A stretch of 49,901 nucleotides of DNA from Chromera velia (lineage: Eukaryota): the NCBI GenBank assembly GCA_018398765.1, contig JAHBMJ010000338.1:1-49901 (forward strand), given 5' to 3'. Positions within the stretch are counted from its first letter, which is position 1. Every line of letters starts with the position of its first letter. Below the pieces are notes generated by a model that saw only the letters and a program-made list of their open reading frames with translations, was not told the DNA's origin and searched no databases. The position numbers were made by a program, and so were the translations under genes. Positions 24,946 through 36,784 of the stretch are shown here, in pieces.

Positions 24946-25299
24946 GGTAGGCCCCGAGGGCGGGGTCTGATACCTCAGCTTAGGCTGGGGAACGCCCCGC
25001 TCTGCTAGCTCTGGCGACAGATAAACATAGCGGGAAGGCCCTAGGGCGGAACATATCAATCAATCAATCAATCAATCATGAGAAAGTTAAAAAAAAAATG
25101 ATAATCTTGCAGTTTGTCAAGTTGCAAAAAAATAACGAGATCACAGATCGTCTAACATCGTCAAATGAAGCTATAAAAAGATGAAGGAAAAATCGTTTGA
25201 TTCATAAACTGATGCTTAAAATCATGCTTAATCCTAGCTTAACCCTAGAAAAAAAGAACTTGGAGGATCGAGGCCTACTATAGATTTGAAAGAAGGACT

Positions 25300-26255
25300 A
25301 AAAGAAGAAAAGAAAGGAAGAGGGAGGGAGGAGGGGGGGGGGGGGGGGGGGGGGGGGGAGAGAGAGAGAGAGAGAAGGGGCATAAAGATGGGAAGAAAGA
25401 AGAAAAGATAGAAAGATGGGAGGAAAGAAGAAAATATGGAAGGCAAGGATGAAAGAAAACAGGGAGGAACGAAAGATGTACAGAAGGAAAGAAGAAGAGG
25501 AGGGAGGGAGAGACGGGGGAATGAAGAACAAGGGAAAGAAGGATGAGAGGAAGAAAGGGAGGAAGGAAATAAAAGCCGGAAGGATGAGAGGATGGAAGGA
25601 CAAAAGGATGGAAGGAGGAAGGGAAGGCAAGAAGGACGCGAGGAAGGGATGATGAGAGGATGCACCGATGCAGGATAAAAAGGATGGAAAGAAGAGGGGA
25701 AGGAAAGAAGCAAGGGACGAAGGGAGGATGAGAAGATGCAGGATAAAAGGATGGAAAGAAGAGGGGAAGGAAAGAAGCAAGGGACGAAGGGAGGATGAAA
25801 GGATGCAGGATAAAAGGATGCAGGATAAAAGGATGGAAAGAAGAAAGGCAGGCAAGAAGCAAGGGACGAAGGGAGGATGAAAGGATGGAAGAAAAGAAAA
25901 ATAGGCAGATGGGAGAAGGAAAGGCAGGGAGGGAGGAAACAGAGAAAGGAGGGAGGGCTGGAGGGAGGAAGAAAGAGAGAAAGACAGACTACGGGGCAGG
26001 CAGGCAGGCAGCCAGAAAGAGAGAGATCGAAGAAAGGAGAGGGAGGGAAGGAAGGAGGGAAGGAAGAAAGGAAGGGGGGAAGAAAGAAGGAAAGAACGGC
26101 AAAGAAAAAAAAACAAGAAAGAAAGGCGGAAACTCAAGAAGGAGCGAGGGTAGGGGCAGGGAAAGACACAGACAAAAGAAACAAGCGACAAGATGACAGA
26201 CAGAACGACAGTGCAGGAGAGAGGAAAGGGGAAGGAGATGGGGAAGTGGGTGCGT
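25300..26255. repeat. Polypurine low-complexity tract with a poly-G run and ~65-bp degenerate repeats
   Basis: Plus strand is overwhelmingly A/G. G run at ~25333-25358. Repeated ggatgcaggataaaaggatggaaagaaga...agaagcaagggacgaagggaggatga units at 25660-25890. Confidence 0.9.
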
Positions 26256-26718
26256 GAGAAACACCGACATACGGAGACAGAAACGCCCCACTCAGGAGTG
26301 AGAGAGCGAGAGTGAGAGAACCGGGTGAAGAAATGAGATTCGAGACCCAGGAAGGGCTTGAAGAAGAGACACACAGACTACCGGACATACGCACACGTCC
26401 ACACATGCAGATGGACACAGAGACAGAGAGAGATCGAAGCCCAGACAGACATCACAAGCAAGAAGGCCTGAGTCTGTTTCAGCACACATGGGAACCGGGA
26501 GAGGTTTTCAAGTGTACGCGCCCATGTTTTTGATACTTACATTGCTTCTCTTTGACAGCGGACAAGCAGCCACATCTCGAGCTGGAAAGGCAAGCGGAAA
26601 CGCGAATAGAGACAAATAGACAGACTACCTTCTTTCCCTCCTCAGACAGACTATATGTTTCTTCTCAGACAGACAGACTATATGTTTTTTCTTCTCCCTT
26701 CTTTTCTTCATGAACACC

Positions 26719-26749
<31 letters not shown>

Positions 26750-28401
26750 TACCATTTGACTCCATTTTCTTGTTTTTAGAGGAATAAAACGGACCGGCCA
26801 GACACTCAGGTACGCAACTAGGCAGCCAGACAGACGGAGAAGTAGAAGAGCAGACAGGAACAGCTGTTCAAGAAAGAGCGCTGCGGATGGAAAGGTTGGA
26901 GAGGAGGAGACACCAGCCAAGGAGGGTTCCTGTTTTGCACGCAAATATGTATGTATGGAGTGGGTAGGTCGAAAGGTGAACTCGGACTCTCGAAAAGTGG
27001 TCGTGTTCAACCGCCCTACCCCCAGCCCCCTCTGTTCAAACGAGAGGATAGCTGCATTCAAATGGAAGTGACACGCAGTCTAAGGTACAGTTTGAATGGC
27101 CTGGAAGGCCACCGTCACGTATCAAGAGGCAGGCAGACTCCTGCCTGCCAGACCCTGCATGAATCACACTGCTTGAACAAGTATGCTAAGACGCCGCTTT
27201 TGCTCCGATCAAGTAGCAAGACACAGACGTGGCAGGAACTCCAGCGGATCCTTCCACTTCGTCTCTCAGCTCAGCTCTACTTTCACCGGGTCCATTCAAC
27301 TGCACGCTCTGGCGCACTCTCCTGCCACGATCCCCATACTTGCAGTGATGAACACAGACACCGGCGAAGATGACGGAAGGGAAGGAGGCCTGAGTCTGAA
27401 GAACCCCCCTCGGCTCGCTTCTTCATCCTCTCCTGCTCATTGGCAAGACAGTGAAAATAACAAAAATCATGAAGGCGACCGCGTGGTTGTGGTAGTTGAT
27501 AAGCATTTCTGCCTGTGGTGTGGCGGGGTTATGTCCTCCGATTTCTGTCCTCCAGCTTTCGGGTCTGTCACACCTGCAAAAACAAAGAACAATGAGGACA
27601 ACAAGAACCACAGTGAAATTTTGGAGGGCTTCTAAAGGAAGATCAAATGAACCTGTCTCGACAGACCTGACGACGTTATTGTTTGCAGGTGCGGGCACAA
27701 TCCCCCTGATACGCGATACTGATCGCCGAAGCATTGACGAGAGCGATGTACTTTGTACAAGGTCTTCAGGTTTCATATTCATTGCCGTTTCGTTTCAGTG
27801 TGTTGAGAGCGAAGTCGCAGAGAGAAAGAAGCAGGACAACCGGGGCCGCCTCTCACCAGAAAATAAGACACACGTATCTCCCTTTCTCTTTCAGCTTCTC
27901 CACGTGCTTCTTTTCTGAGTCTGCACTCCCTGGGACTTCATGCACGAACTTGACACAAGTGAAGGTCGGATCGATCGTCTAAACTTAGACTGCAGGCCGC
28001 GCGTCCTCATCATTGCACTGGGCGCGTCATTTCTTTGAAATTTTTCCTGGGGCCTCTAAAAGTGTCGCAGTCTGAGCTGCCCTCGCGTAAGGAGAAAGGA
28101 ACATGCAGAGTAAGGTCAGTCAATCATGCAGACTCATGCAGTGACTGCCAAGTGAATTTCATGCAGACTCAGAAACTTTCGAGGACCGGGAAATGACTGC
28201 ATTTGCACCCAAGACACACTGTTTTTCGATTCTCTGACGGAAGGGACTGACTCGAGAATTTCGCAGAAACTGAACCGTCGCGAGGTTGACTGTCAGCAAA
28301 CACGGCAGATAGCAGCGCGTTGCTGACACCTTTTTCTCTACCTGTTGTTTGCCACTCTTTACAGGCAGACAGACAACACAAGAGTTGGATTCATTCCAGC
28401 C

Positions 28402-31400
28402 ATGGCTGAAGACGGGGCCAAAAGGCCGCCTGTCGTTCCCCCCTTACAGCTGGGGGGACCCCGAAAGTCTGTCGCTTATGAAGTGGCTTCAAGGAAGTCA
28501 AGTGCTTACGATGGTGCGTCAAGAAAGTCAAGTGCTTATGACGGCTCTTCGCGGAAATCAAGTGCCTATGCAGGAAAGTCAAGGAAGTCCATTGCTTACG
28601 AAGCAACCTCTTACGACCCTCCCAAGGGCCACTTGAGAAAGCAAAAACAAAACCTCGAAGGAAGCCCCGCGTATCAGCCCGCTAGTTCGCCTTCCGAAAG
28701 TGAAGAGGAACATTCGAGTGAGGAAGAGGAGCAAGTCTCGACTGCTCGCTTCATGCTCGATGAGCAAAGCTCAAGTACCCTCAACAGAGACAGGGACATG
28801 CTGATAAGTCCCCGAAAGTCGAAGCTCGAGAAGAAAACAGAGCAGCTGGAGGAACTGCAGGAAGAGAATGAACGTCTCTTGGAGGAATTGGAGGAATCCA
28901 AGGAGGCGAGGCAAAAAGGCATCCGTGAAGCCAATAAAAGGCACACATTGGAAGAGAAAAAGTGGCAGGAAGAGGTGAAGCGACTTCAAGGGGAACTTGA
29001 AAGGCGTAGCATCACTCAGATAGACTCCCAGCCTGCGAAGAGCGTGTTCGATGTGTACAAAAACAAGCCTTTTGCTTCCAGAAAGAGCCAGATGACCGAC
29101 TCCAGCGTTTCTCAAACCACCGACATCACCCCCTTTGCTGCAGCCGCAGCCGCTGCTGCTACTGCAGGAGCAGCCATGCAGATGCAGCAGCTGGTTTCGC
29201 CTCGGGATGCGAACCGCGAGATCCAGCAGGAAAAACAAAGACATCACGAGAAGGAAATTCAGCTAGAGAACGAAATCAAAAGACTAAAGGCAGAGAATGA
29301 GAGTCTTCTGGCACGAAATGAAGAACTGGAGGAGGAGAAGAAGGTGGGCAGGCTTCCCCTTCATGGTTGTCTGTCATTTTCATTTTCATACCCTTCATTG
29401 GTTCCTTCCCTTCTTCAGCATCTTCACTTTTGTGGCTTTTCCTTTCGTCCATTTCCTTCCTAACCTGCGACATTTTGAATCCGTTTGTAGAGAATGTATC
29501 AAGCACAATGTATTATATTCTCGTTCTGTACGCATATGAACATCTGCATGCAGGCGTGGCAGCAAACAGGCAAGCGGTTCGAGCACCGTCACCGTTCCTC
29601 TGTTCTGGATATTCAGGACTTCCGGGGACTCTGCCTGAAGAAAGACTTAGAGAATGCACGTCACGGATCGATCTCTCAGGCCTCTGAGTACACATCAGAA
29701 GGAGCTGGGAGAAACCTCGACGCAATGCTCCTCAGATTCGATTCCAGACTCTCCCACACTTTCTCCGTCGCAGCAGAACGGTCCCCCACTCTCAAACCGA
29801 CCTCTAGTCCTGACGAAGGACATGCCCTCTCCCGCCACGGCTCCCGACTGTCTGTTCTCAGTCTCGGGGCTGCCTCCACCAAGAGCCCCCATGCCCGAAT
29901 CTCCTCCCCTCCTTATCAAATCAACGTTCCTCCTTCTCTCCCCCCCACCCAGGGTGGCCTTCTGGGTATCTCTGAGAAGTCTGCCCCGGCCCCCCCCGAG
30001 CCATCCCTTCGAGAGTTGGCAGTCTCGTTTGTATCTGGACATTCCACGTCTACTCAGAAGCACATGTTGATGGCCTCACAGGCTTCCGCAATTCGACCCC
30101 AAACGCGTGAAATGGGATGTCAGACTGAAGACCTGTCAGAGAGTGGAAGTGAAAGCAGAAGGGGAAGCAGCGGAAGTGCCTCGAACTGTCCCAGAAGGGG
30201 CAGCAACAAATCGGATGCCAACAGCAACCAGTCCAATTCGACACCCCGACGTAGAAGGTCTTCTGTATTGGAGGCTGTGAAAGATTCCTTCGCCCCTTGC
30301 CTGGGATGGACAAAGAGCAGTCAAGGCAAGGATGGGGAAGCGGTCGACTACAGCTACAGACCTTCTGCTGACGACATAACACCCCCTCTTTCTTCCGAGC
30401 GACGGCACAGAGGAAGTGACGCGCTTGAATCCGGGGAGGCAGGGAACGAGAAGCACACCGCGCAGGGCGACCAACTATCATCGGCCTTATGTGTTGAGAC
30501 AGAAAGCACTCAGATATCATCCGGAGAGCCCTCCAGGGGCCTTGCGGATCTCATGTCTCAAGTTGCAAGTCCTGTCTCATCCGAGACATCCCAACAACTG
30601 CTTTCCACGGACAACCAGTCACCCTCATCAGTGAACACCTCCCCACACGCACGCTCCTTGTTGCGGGGACCATTGACTCACGGGTACGCCCACGGAACCG
30701 CAGAGTCCCCCCGTCTCCATACGGTGGCAGAGGATCAGGAAGCAGAGGAGGAAGCAGAGGAGAGGGAGAGAAACCTCGACGAGGCAAAGAAAGAAGAGCC
30801 TTCGGCACCGTCCGAAGGGAAAGCCAAAGTCCGATTTTCTCTCACAGCCCTTCTTATGTCCCTCCTTCTCGGTGTCTTCCTTTCCTCGGCAGTCCCCCCC
30901 TCGCGATTCTTCTCTCCAGACTCACCCGACTCCGCACTGAGTCAAAAGACGCAGCCGGAAGATTGCTCTTGTCCTCCTTTCCCTGAGGAGTTGCTACAGA
31001 CGGAGAAGCAAAAGACAGCAGCGTGTGAGAAGAGCAAGGGAACTCTGTTGGAAGAACTGCAAAGGGTCTCACACGCTGGTGAAGAGAGTCAGGTCACGAT
31101 CAGACGGTTGGAAACGCAAATTTTGGATATCTCTGCACAGACAGGAACGTCCGAGGACAAAATGAAGGTGCGTCCCTCCCTCCCATGCTCTTGCTGCCTG
31201 TGTATACAGGCACCCGTGCAACGTATCTCTATGAAACTTTTCAGTGCTTTTCTGCCGAGTCCCTATTGCATAGCATTCATTTTGTACCATTCATTCACAT
31301 GGGGGCTAGCTCAAAATCAGGTTCTTGATTGTTTCATCTTTCTCTCGTGCTCTCCTTTGCTCGCCGTGAATTTTGCTCTCAGTCTCTTTCAAAACGCTGG

Positions 31401-34400
31401 GTTCCTTTTTGTTTGCGCATCTTCGGACTTTCCTCCACGCGTTGCTTGATTTCTTCGTGCAGCTACTCGTTTCCGAAAAAGCAGAGCTTCAGAAAGAGGC
31501 AGAGAGTCTTCAAGGACAGCTGAGGGAGTACTCCGAGAAGGAAGCGAAACTCCAGGGGAAGGCTGTGGAGTTGGAGAAGAAGCACACAGAGGAGAGCCTA
31601 TCGCTGAGAAAGGAGTTGGAGAAGGTGATGGAGTCCTTTAGGGCTGCAGAGAAGGGACGAGAAACTGCCGAGGCGGCACTGGCGGAAGCAAAGACCAACA
31701 TCGAAACGGTGGAAGCTTCTCTTGCGGGGGCAGAAAGCAACAAGGAGGTCGAAGCTGTCAGTTGTTGTTCCCTGTGCCTTTTCTTCCCTTGTTTTCTCTT
31801 CTCTTGTCCCTGAAGGGCTTCCTCCCTCTTTTTCCTTTGTTCCTTTCTGTCTTCCTTCTTTCCAACCGTCTCAACTTTTTTTTCAAAATTCAGGCTCCAT
31901 CCTTCTCCCTTTGAAGATCTTGGAAGTTCTGTTTTTGTCTCACTGCTTCACTTTCTGCACTCCTGATTTCACAGTACGTTTGCACTGCTTGCTTTGGCTT
32001 TGCCCCTCATATTATGTTTGCGTCCAACAATTCCTTGTCCTCCATTTGGTGCCTAATGCAATTCATATGCACTGCCCTAAAACTACCCTGCAGGCCCTGG
32101 TATCCGCCAAAGAGGCCGCTGAAGAAGAGCTCCTTCGGCTGAAAGGGGAAGCAGAGGCCAGTGCAGAGAGGGAAGGGGGGCTGCAGGCGCAGGTGGCAGC
32201 TCTTGAGAAGAAACATGAAGAGGAAATCACTTCGTTGAGGAAGGAGCTGGAGAGGGTGAAGGCAGCTTTGGAAGCGTCAGAGCAGGGAAGGGAAAGTGCA
32301 CAGGCAGAGGCAGTGGACGCCTCTCTGAAACTCCAGAAGATGGAGGAAGCCTCTTCTCTCTCCCAGGTGGATGCGAAGGAACTGCAGGAGATGCTGCAGG
32401 TCGGCAATCATGCCTCAAATGAAATGACCGATTCACCGTAATCATATTTCTGACCATACTGTGTTCTCGTGTCACTGGCTGCGTGTGTTCTTCCTGTCCT
32501 GCTCGTCTTCTAAGTGTCCTTCCTATCCTTTTTTCACTTCATGCACCAATGTAGACCGATGCGGATGTTTCTGTTGCAAAATGATTAATGCGTGTAGGAA
32601 TGAATGATCCAGACCTCCATGTCACTTTCCGGCCACACCTGCCTTCTGCCTTCACCCCCTCGTGCCTCCAGTGGATTCATCGTTTTCTTTCCAGACGTTG
32701 CATGCCTTCTGATGATTTCTGTGTTTGATTATGCTCGTTTCTGTTTCTTTTGTTTTTCAACAAAGCAGATTATGAGCCGTTGTCCCGGTATGCATCCCTG
32801 TACGTCTCCACAATGCACTACGTCTGTTGAACTCGTGTTTCTGCAGAAGCTGGGCTTTGAAAAAGCAGAGCTGCAGAAACAGGCAGAGCGTCTTCAAGAG
32901 CAGGTGAGGGAGTACTCTGAGAAGGAAGCGAAGCTCCAAGGGAAGGCTGTGGAGTTGGAGAAGAAACACGCAGAGGAGAGCCTATCGCTCAGGAAGGAGT
33001 TGGAGAAGGTGATGGAGTCGCTTAAGGCTGCAGAGGGGAAGAGAGAAGAAACAGAGAAAGAACTTTCTGGAGCAAAGTTGAGCATCCAGAAGATGGGAGC
33101 TGCATCCTCTCTGTTGAAGGAAGACGCGGAGAAAAACCTCCAAGAAGCCCAGGCAGTCAGTCCGTCGTGATAGTGCTTGCAGACTTCAATTGCTTCGCTC
33201 CAGTAGTCTTTTCCCTTTTTCTTTTTCTTGCAGGCATTGATCGTTCTCTGCAATGGTCGCGCAAACAGAAGGTTTCACGTTTCATGAGGATTGCAGAGAG
33301 ACCTGCCATGTGCTGACCGTTATCTAGCATGACGGCTATGTCTTCAGTCCTATCAGTTCCTTGTAGAGCAGCTGGATTTCGTTTCTTCCCTACCTTCCTG
33401 GAGTGAGAGACTTTATGCTTTGTTCTCGGCGTGCTTTGTGAGCTTGCAGAGGCTCCTGGCTGAGAATACCGACCTCCAGGCTACCGTCAAGCGCCTCCAG
33501 AGTGACGCAAACGCACATGCCGCGAGAGAGGAAGAGCTTCGCAAGGAGATGGAGGAGCTCAAGCAGACGCACTCAGAGGAGACCAAGGGTCTCACCGAGG
33601 AATTGCTAAGCGTCACTCTGCGTCTGTCTGCTGCCGAAGAGAGCAGGTTGGAGAAGGAGGCCCGACTTGGAGAGGCAGAGAGAGCACTTCAAGAGATCGA
33701 GAAGAAGGTCACGGAGGCACACACGGCAGCAGGGAAACTCAAAGAGGCCTCAGAAGTCAGTCCTTCCCCTGACGTGCGTACATTCCTTTCTTTCTATCCC
33801 CACCAGAAGAATTTCGATCACAGACGCCTGAAGATCATGCGTTTGTGCCGTTCCCTTCACAGACAATTTCGCTGTTGTTACCGGAATATCATACGCACAG
33901 GTTGCTTTTCTTCAGTAACAACAGTAAGTGCCGATCTTTTTACAATCCAGCGAGCAGACTTGATTGTTTGTACGTTGGTGCCATTCGAGCCGGAGACAAG
34001 TCTTAACGCAACCCAGGCAGCAAATCCAATTGTTTCTTTGCGTGTCTTTCCTGTCGCAGGTTGCTCTTTCCGAGAAGGGCGACTTGCAGAAGGCGGCGGA
34101 TCGTCTGAGGGAGCAGCTGACGGAATACTCACAGAGAGAGGGGGTGCTGCAAAGGAAGGTAGCAGCTCTTGAAAAGAAGCATGGAGAGGAAAGTTTATCA
34201 TTGAGAAAAGAGCTTGAGAAGGTGAAGGAATCCGTCAAGCAGGCAGAGAAGGGAAGGCAAGAAGCAGAGATGGCACTTTCGCAGGTGAGGAATGAAATTG
34301 AAAAGAAGGAGGCAGAGTCAGCGATGTTACAAACCAATGTAGATGTGGCAACAAAGAATTCGAAAAGCCTCACAGAAGCCCTCGAGGAAAGCAGATCGAG

Positions 34401-35412
34401 GGAAAAGATTCTTCAGTCAACAGTCGAAGTTGCAGCAAAGAACTCCAAGAGCCAAGCCAAAGCCCTGGACGAAGCAGCTCAGAGGGAAAAGGCCCTTGCC
34501 GGGGCCCTTGAGGGCACAGTAAAGAAAATAGAGGGTCTTGCCAGGGCCCTGGAGGAAAGCAGTAGAAGAGAAGAGGCTCTACAAACCACCGTTGACATAG
34601 CAGCAAAGAATTCAAAGAGTCAAGCAAAGGCTCTTGAGGAAAGCAAAGCGAGAGAGAAAGCTCTTCAAGTGACTGTAGACGCCGCAGCAAAGAATTCAAA
34701 GAGCCAAGCCAGGGCCCTTGAGAAGGCCGCTACCAGGGAGAAGGCCCTTGCCGGGGGCCTTGAGGAAACTACAGGGAGGGTGGAGGGTCTTGCCAGGGCC
34801 CTCGAAGAGACCACGGGCCGAGCTGAAGTTCTTGACTCCGAACGGGCGTCCCTCAGAACAGAGAGGGATCTTCTGAGAGATTCTGTCAGATCTCTGGAAG
34901 AAGACAGGGTGCGTGCACGGAACCAGATTGACTCTCTGCTCGAAGCCCAGGAACGGGCTTTGTCAGAGGATGCAGAACGGTCATCGGGTGAAACAGAGGA
35001 GACAGAAAGTAAGAAAGAAGTGGAGGCTGTTCGCACATCGCTCCCTGTTCTTTCGCAGGAACAAGGGGCCACCCGTATTCGGCAGCCGAACCTCATTCCC
35101 TCCTCCCTTGCCTTCACAGTGGGCAGCATGTCCACGTGGCTGTTTGTTGGCTCCGCTTGGTCGTCTGTAGCGGCGTTCGGGGTGGCCGGAACTGGCGCCG
35201 CGATCTCTTCTCTGAAGGGTGCAGCGTTGACCTCTGCGGTGTTCTCTGCTGTCGGGGGTCTTCCAGGCATTGCCACAATTGCCTTGGCCCCCTCTGCCTT
35301 GGTTCTGCTTCATGCGCTGTGGAGCTCCGACTCCTCTTCTTCCTCAGAGAGCTCTCTGAATGCTCGTCGGCTTTCACGACCAGTGGGGGGGGAGGGGGGA
35401 GATGGGGAATGA
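28402..35412 (+). CDS. Large coiled-coil membrane protein of unknown function, ~1707 aa (exons 28402-29343, 29554-31167, 31463-31756, 32094-32399, 32847-33155, 33450-33755, 34060-35412)
   Basis: Six phase-0 GT-AG introns join the ORF-track pieces into one open frame. E/K/A/L-rich heptad sequence. Internal hydrophobic segment FSLTALLMSLLLGVFLSSAV (~30835-30895) and a hydrophobic C-terminus (~35100-35320). Some donor positions are uncertain by a few codons. Confidence 0.82.
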
Positions 35413-36613
35413 GTGCATGGTGATTGTAAATGAACAAAATAAATCTGGAAGATCAATTTTTTCGTCCACTTGGTTCGATCGTCAGTTTCCCCTCTGCATG
35501 CACGCATGCACCAGTTTGTGCATGCACGGAAGGGCGCTGCTGTTGGCTTCATGAAGTCTCATGAATGGGAATCAAAATCAAATTTAACGAATGCAACCAC
35601 CCATGCGAATGAATGTCGAGTCCATCTCTAGCTGTCGGGCAGGCGCGTACTGTTTGAAAGCGCTGGTGCCGATAAGCAGACCGCATATGCAGACCGCATA
35701 TGTTGGATGGATGGAGGTGAATTTACTTTCTCTGCTGCCGTCTGTTTTCTTCCCTTCTTCTCTTGCATTCTGGGCGGTCGTTCTCATTTTATTTGAACTT
35801 TTTGCGTGCCCGCTTAAGACTCCTCTCCTCTTTTCAAATTTCCCATTCAGCTTGCTACGAGCCAACACATAGAGGCAGGTCAATCAAGTTTCAAGTTTCA
35901 GTCGTGGCAGTACTGTAATGCAACGAATTTCGGCATACTGTCCGACACGCACTTGCCTGCACTCCTAGCCGCATTTACAACAAACTTGGGGAGCACAATC
36001 AAGGACATGAGTCTTTTATACTGATGCCTTGGGAGAGAGGCGCACATTTTTTCTTTTTCTCCTAATAGTCCGTCGCCCTGCAAATAAGCCTTTTCCTCTC
36101 CCCTTTCTTTTTTCAAAGTTTACTTGTAAGATGTTCAGCACCGATAAAATGCACGCCCTCCAGCACGCCTTCGGTTATCCTTACTATCTTTTATGCATGC
36201 ATCAATGAGAGGGCTAATAAGATTCATGCACGCATCTTTTATATAATGTGTATACACAATAAAAACAAATGAATTTTATTCTTTTAAAACATTTAATTAA
36301 TATATGATCGATAAACTGAATATAATGAGTTAGTACTATGTTTTTATTTAGTTAATTCTAGAGTTCATTAATTCACACCCTTAGTCACAACCATGTAAAT
36401 TTTGAAATGATTTATGGCACTTTTACGTGGGTTAGTATCATTGGACAAACAAAATTAGTGACCTAGGGTTGCCGATTTTTCCGGTGGTAAAGCAAACTGA
36501 TTACTGGTCAACCGGTAATTACCGGTAGAGTCGCCGGCCACTGGTAAAAATTTCGGTAAAAGTTATAGAGACAAAACATAATTTCACATACTCTTGCAAC
36601 AAATAGACAATGT

Positions 36614-36673
36614 CATAGCGGGAAGGCCTAGTGAGAAACTTATCAATCAAACAATCAATCAATCAATCAATCA
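36614..36673 (+). mobile_element. Short 3'-end fragment of the (TCAA)n-tailed retroelement
   Basis: catagcgggaaggcctagtgagaaacttatcaatcaa(acaa)(tcaa)n. Confidence 0.7.
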
Positions 36674-36784
36674 TATCATATTCAAGAACATTTATGTCTG
36701 AAAATTTATGTTTGATAATAAATGTCCGATAACATAAGACGGATCAAGATGGCAGTCCCTAGTGGCAGTCCATCAAATAAAAGC

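Larger units (their letters stand above)
18141..25078 (+). mobile_element. 5'-truncated non-LTR-type retroelement with (TCAA)n tail, split by the Gypsy insertion (parts 18141-18644 and 24946-25078)
   Basis: 18248-18644 plus 24951-25078 align colinearly with the uninterrupted copy at 45727-46266. ORF C-terminus is followed by a short UTR and a tandem TCAA tail. Possible tcatgag TSD (18134-18140 / 25076-25082). Class is inferred; no RT is present. Confidence 0.65.

Noticed and set aside
25234..26374. 358-aa and other F/S/L/P-rich ORFs
   Set aside because: Artefacts of the polypurine/polypyrimidine tract
26700..27800. Possible minus-strand gene divergent from the coiled-coil gene (MKPEDLVQSTSL...)
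   Set aside because: Splice-like sites exist but I could not build an open multi-exon frame or recognise a domain
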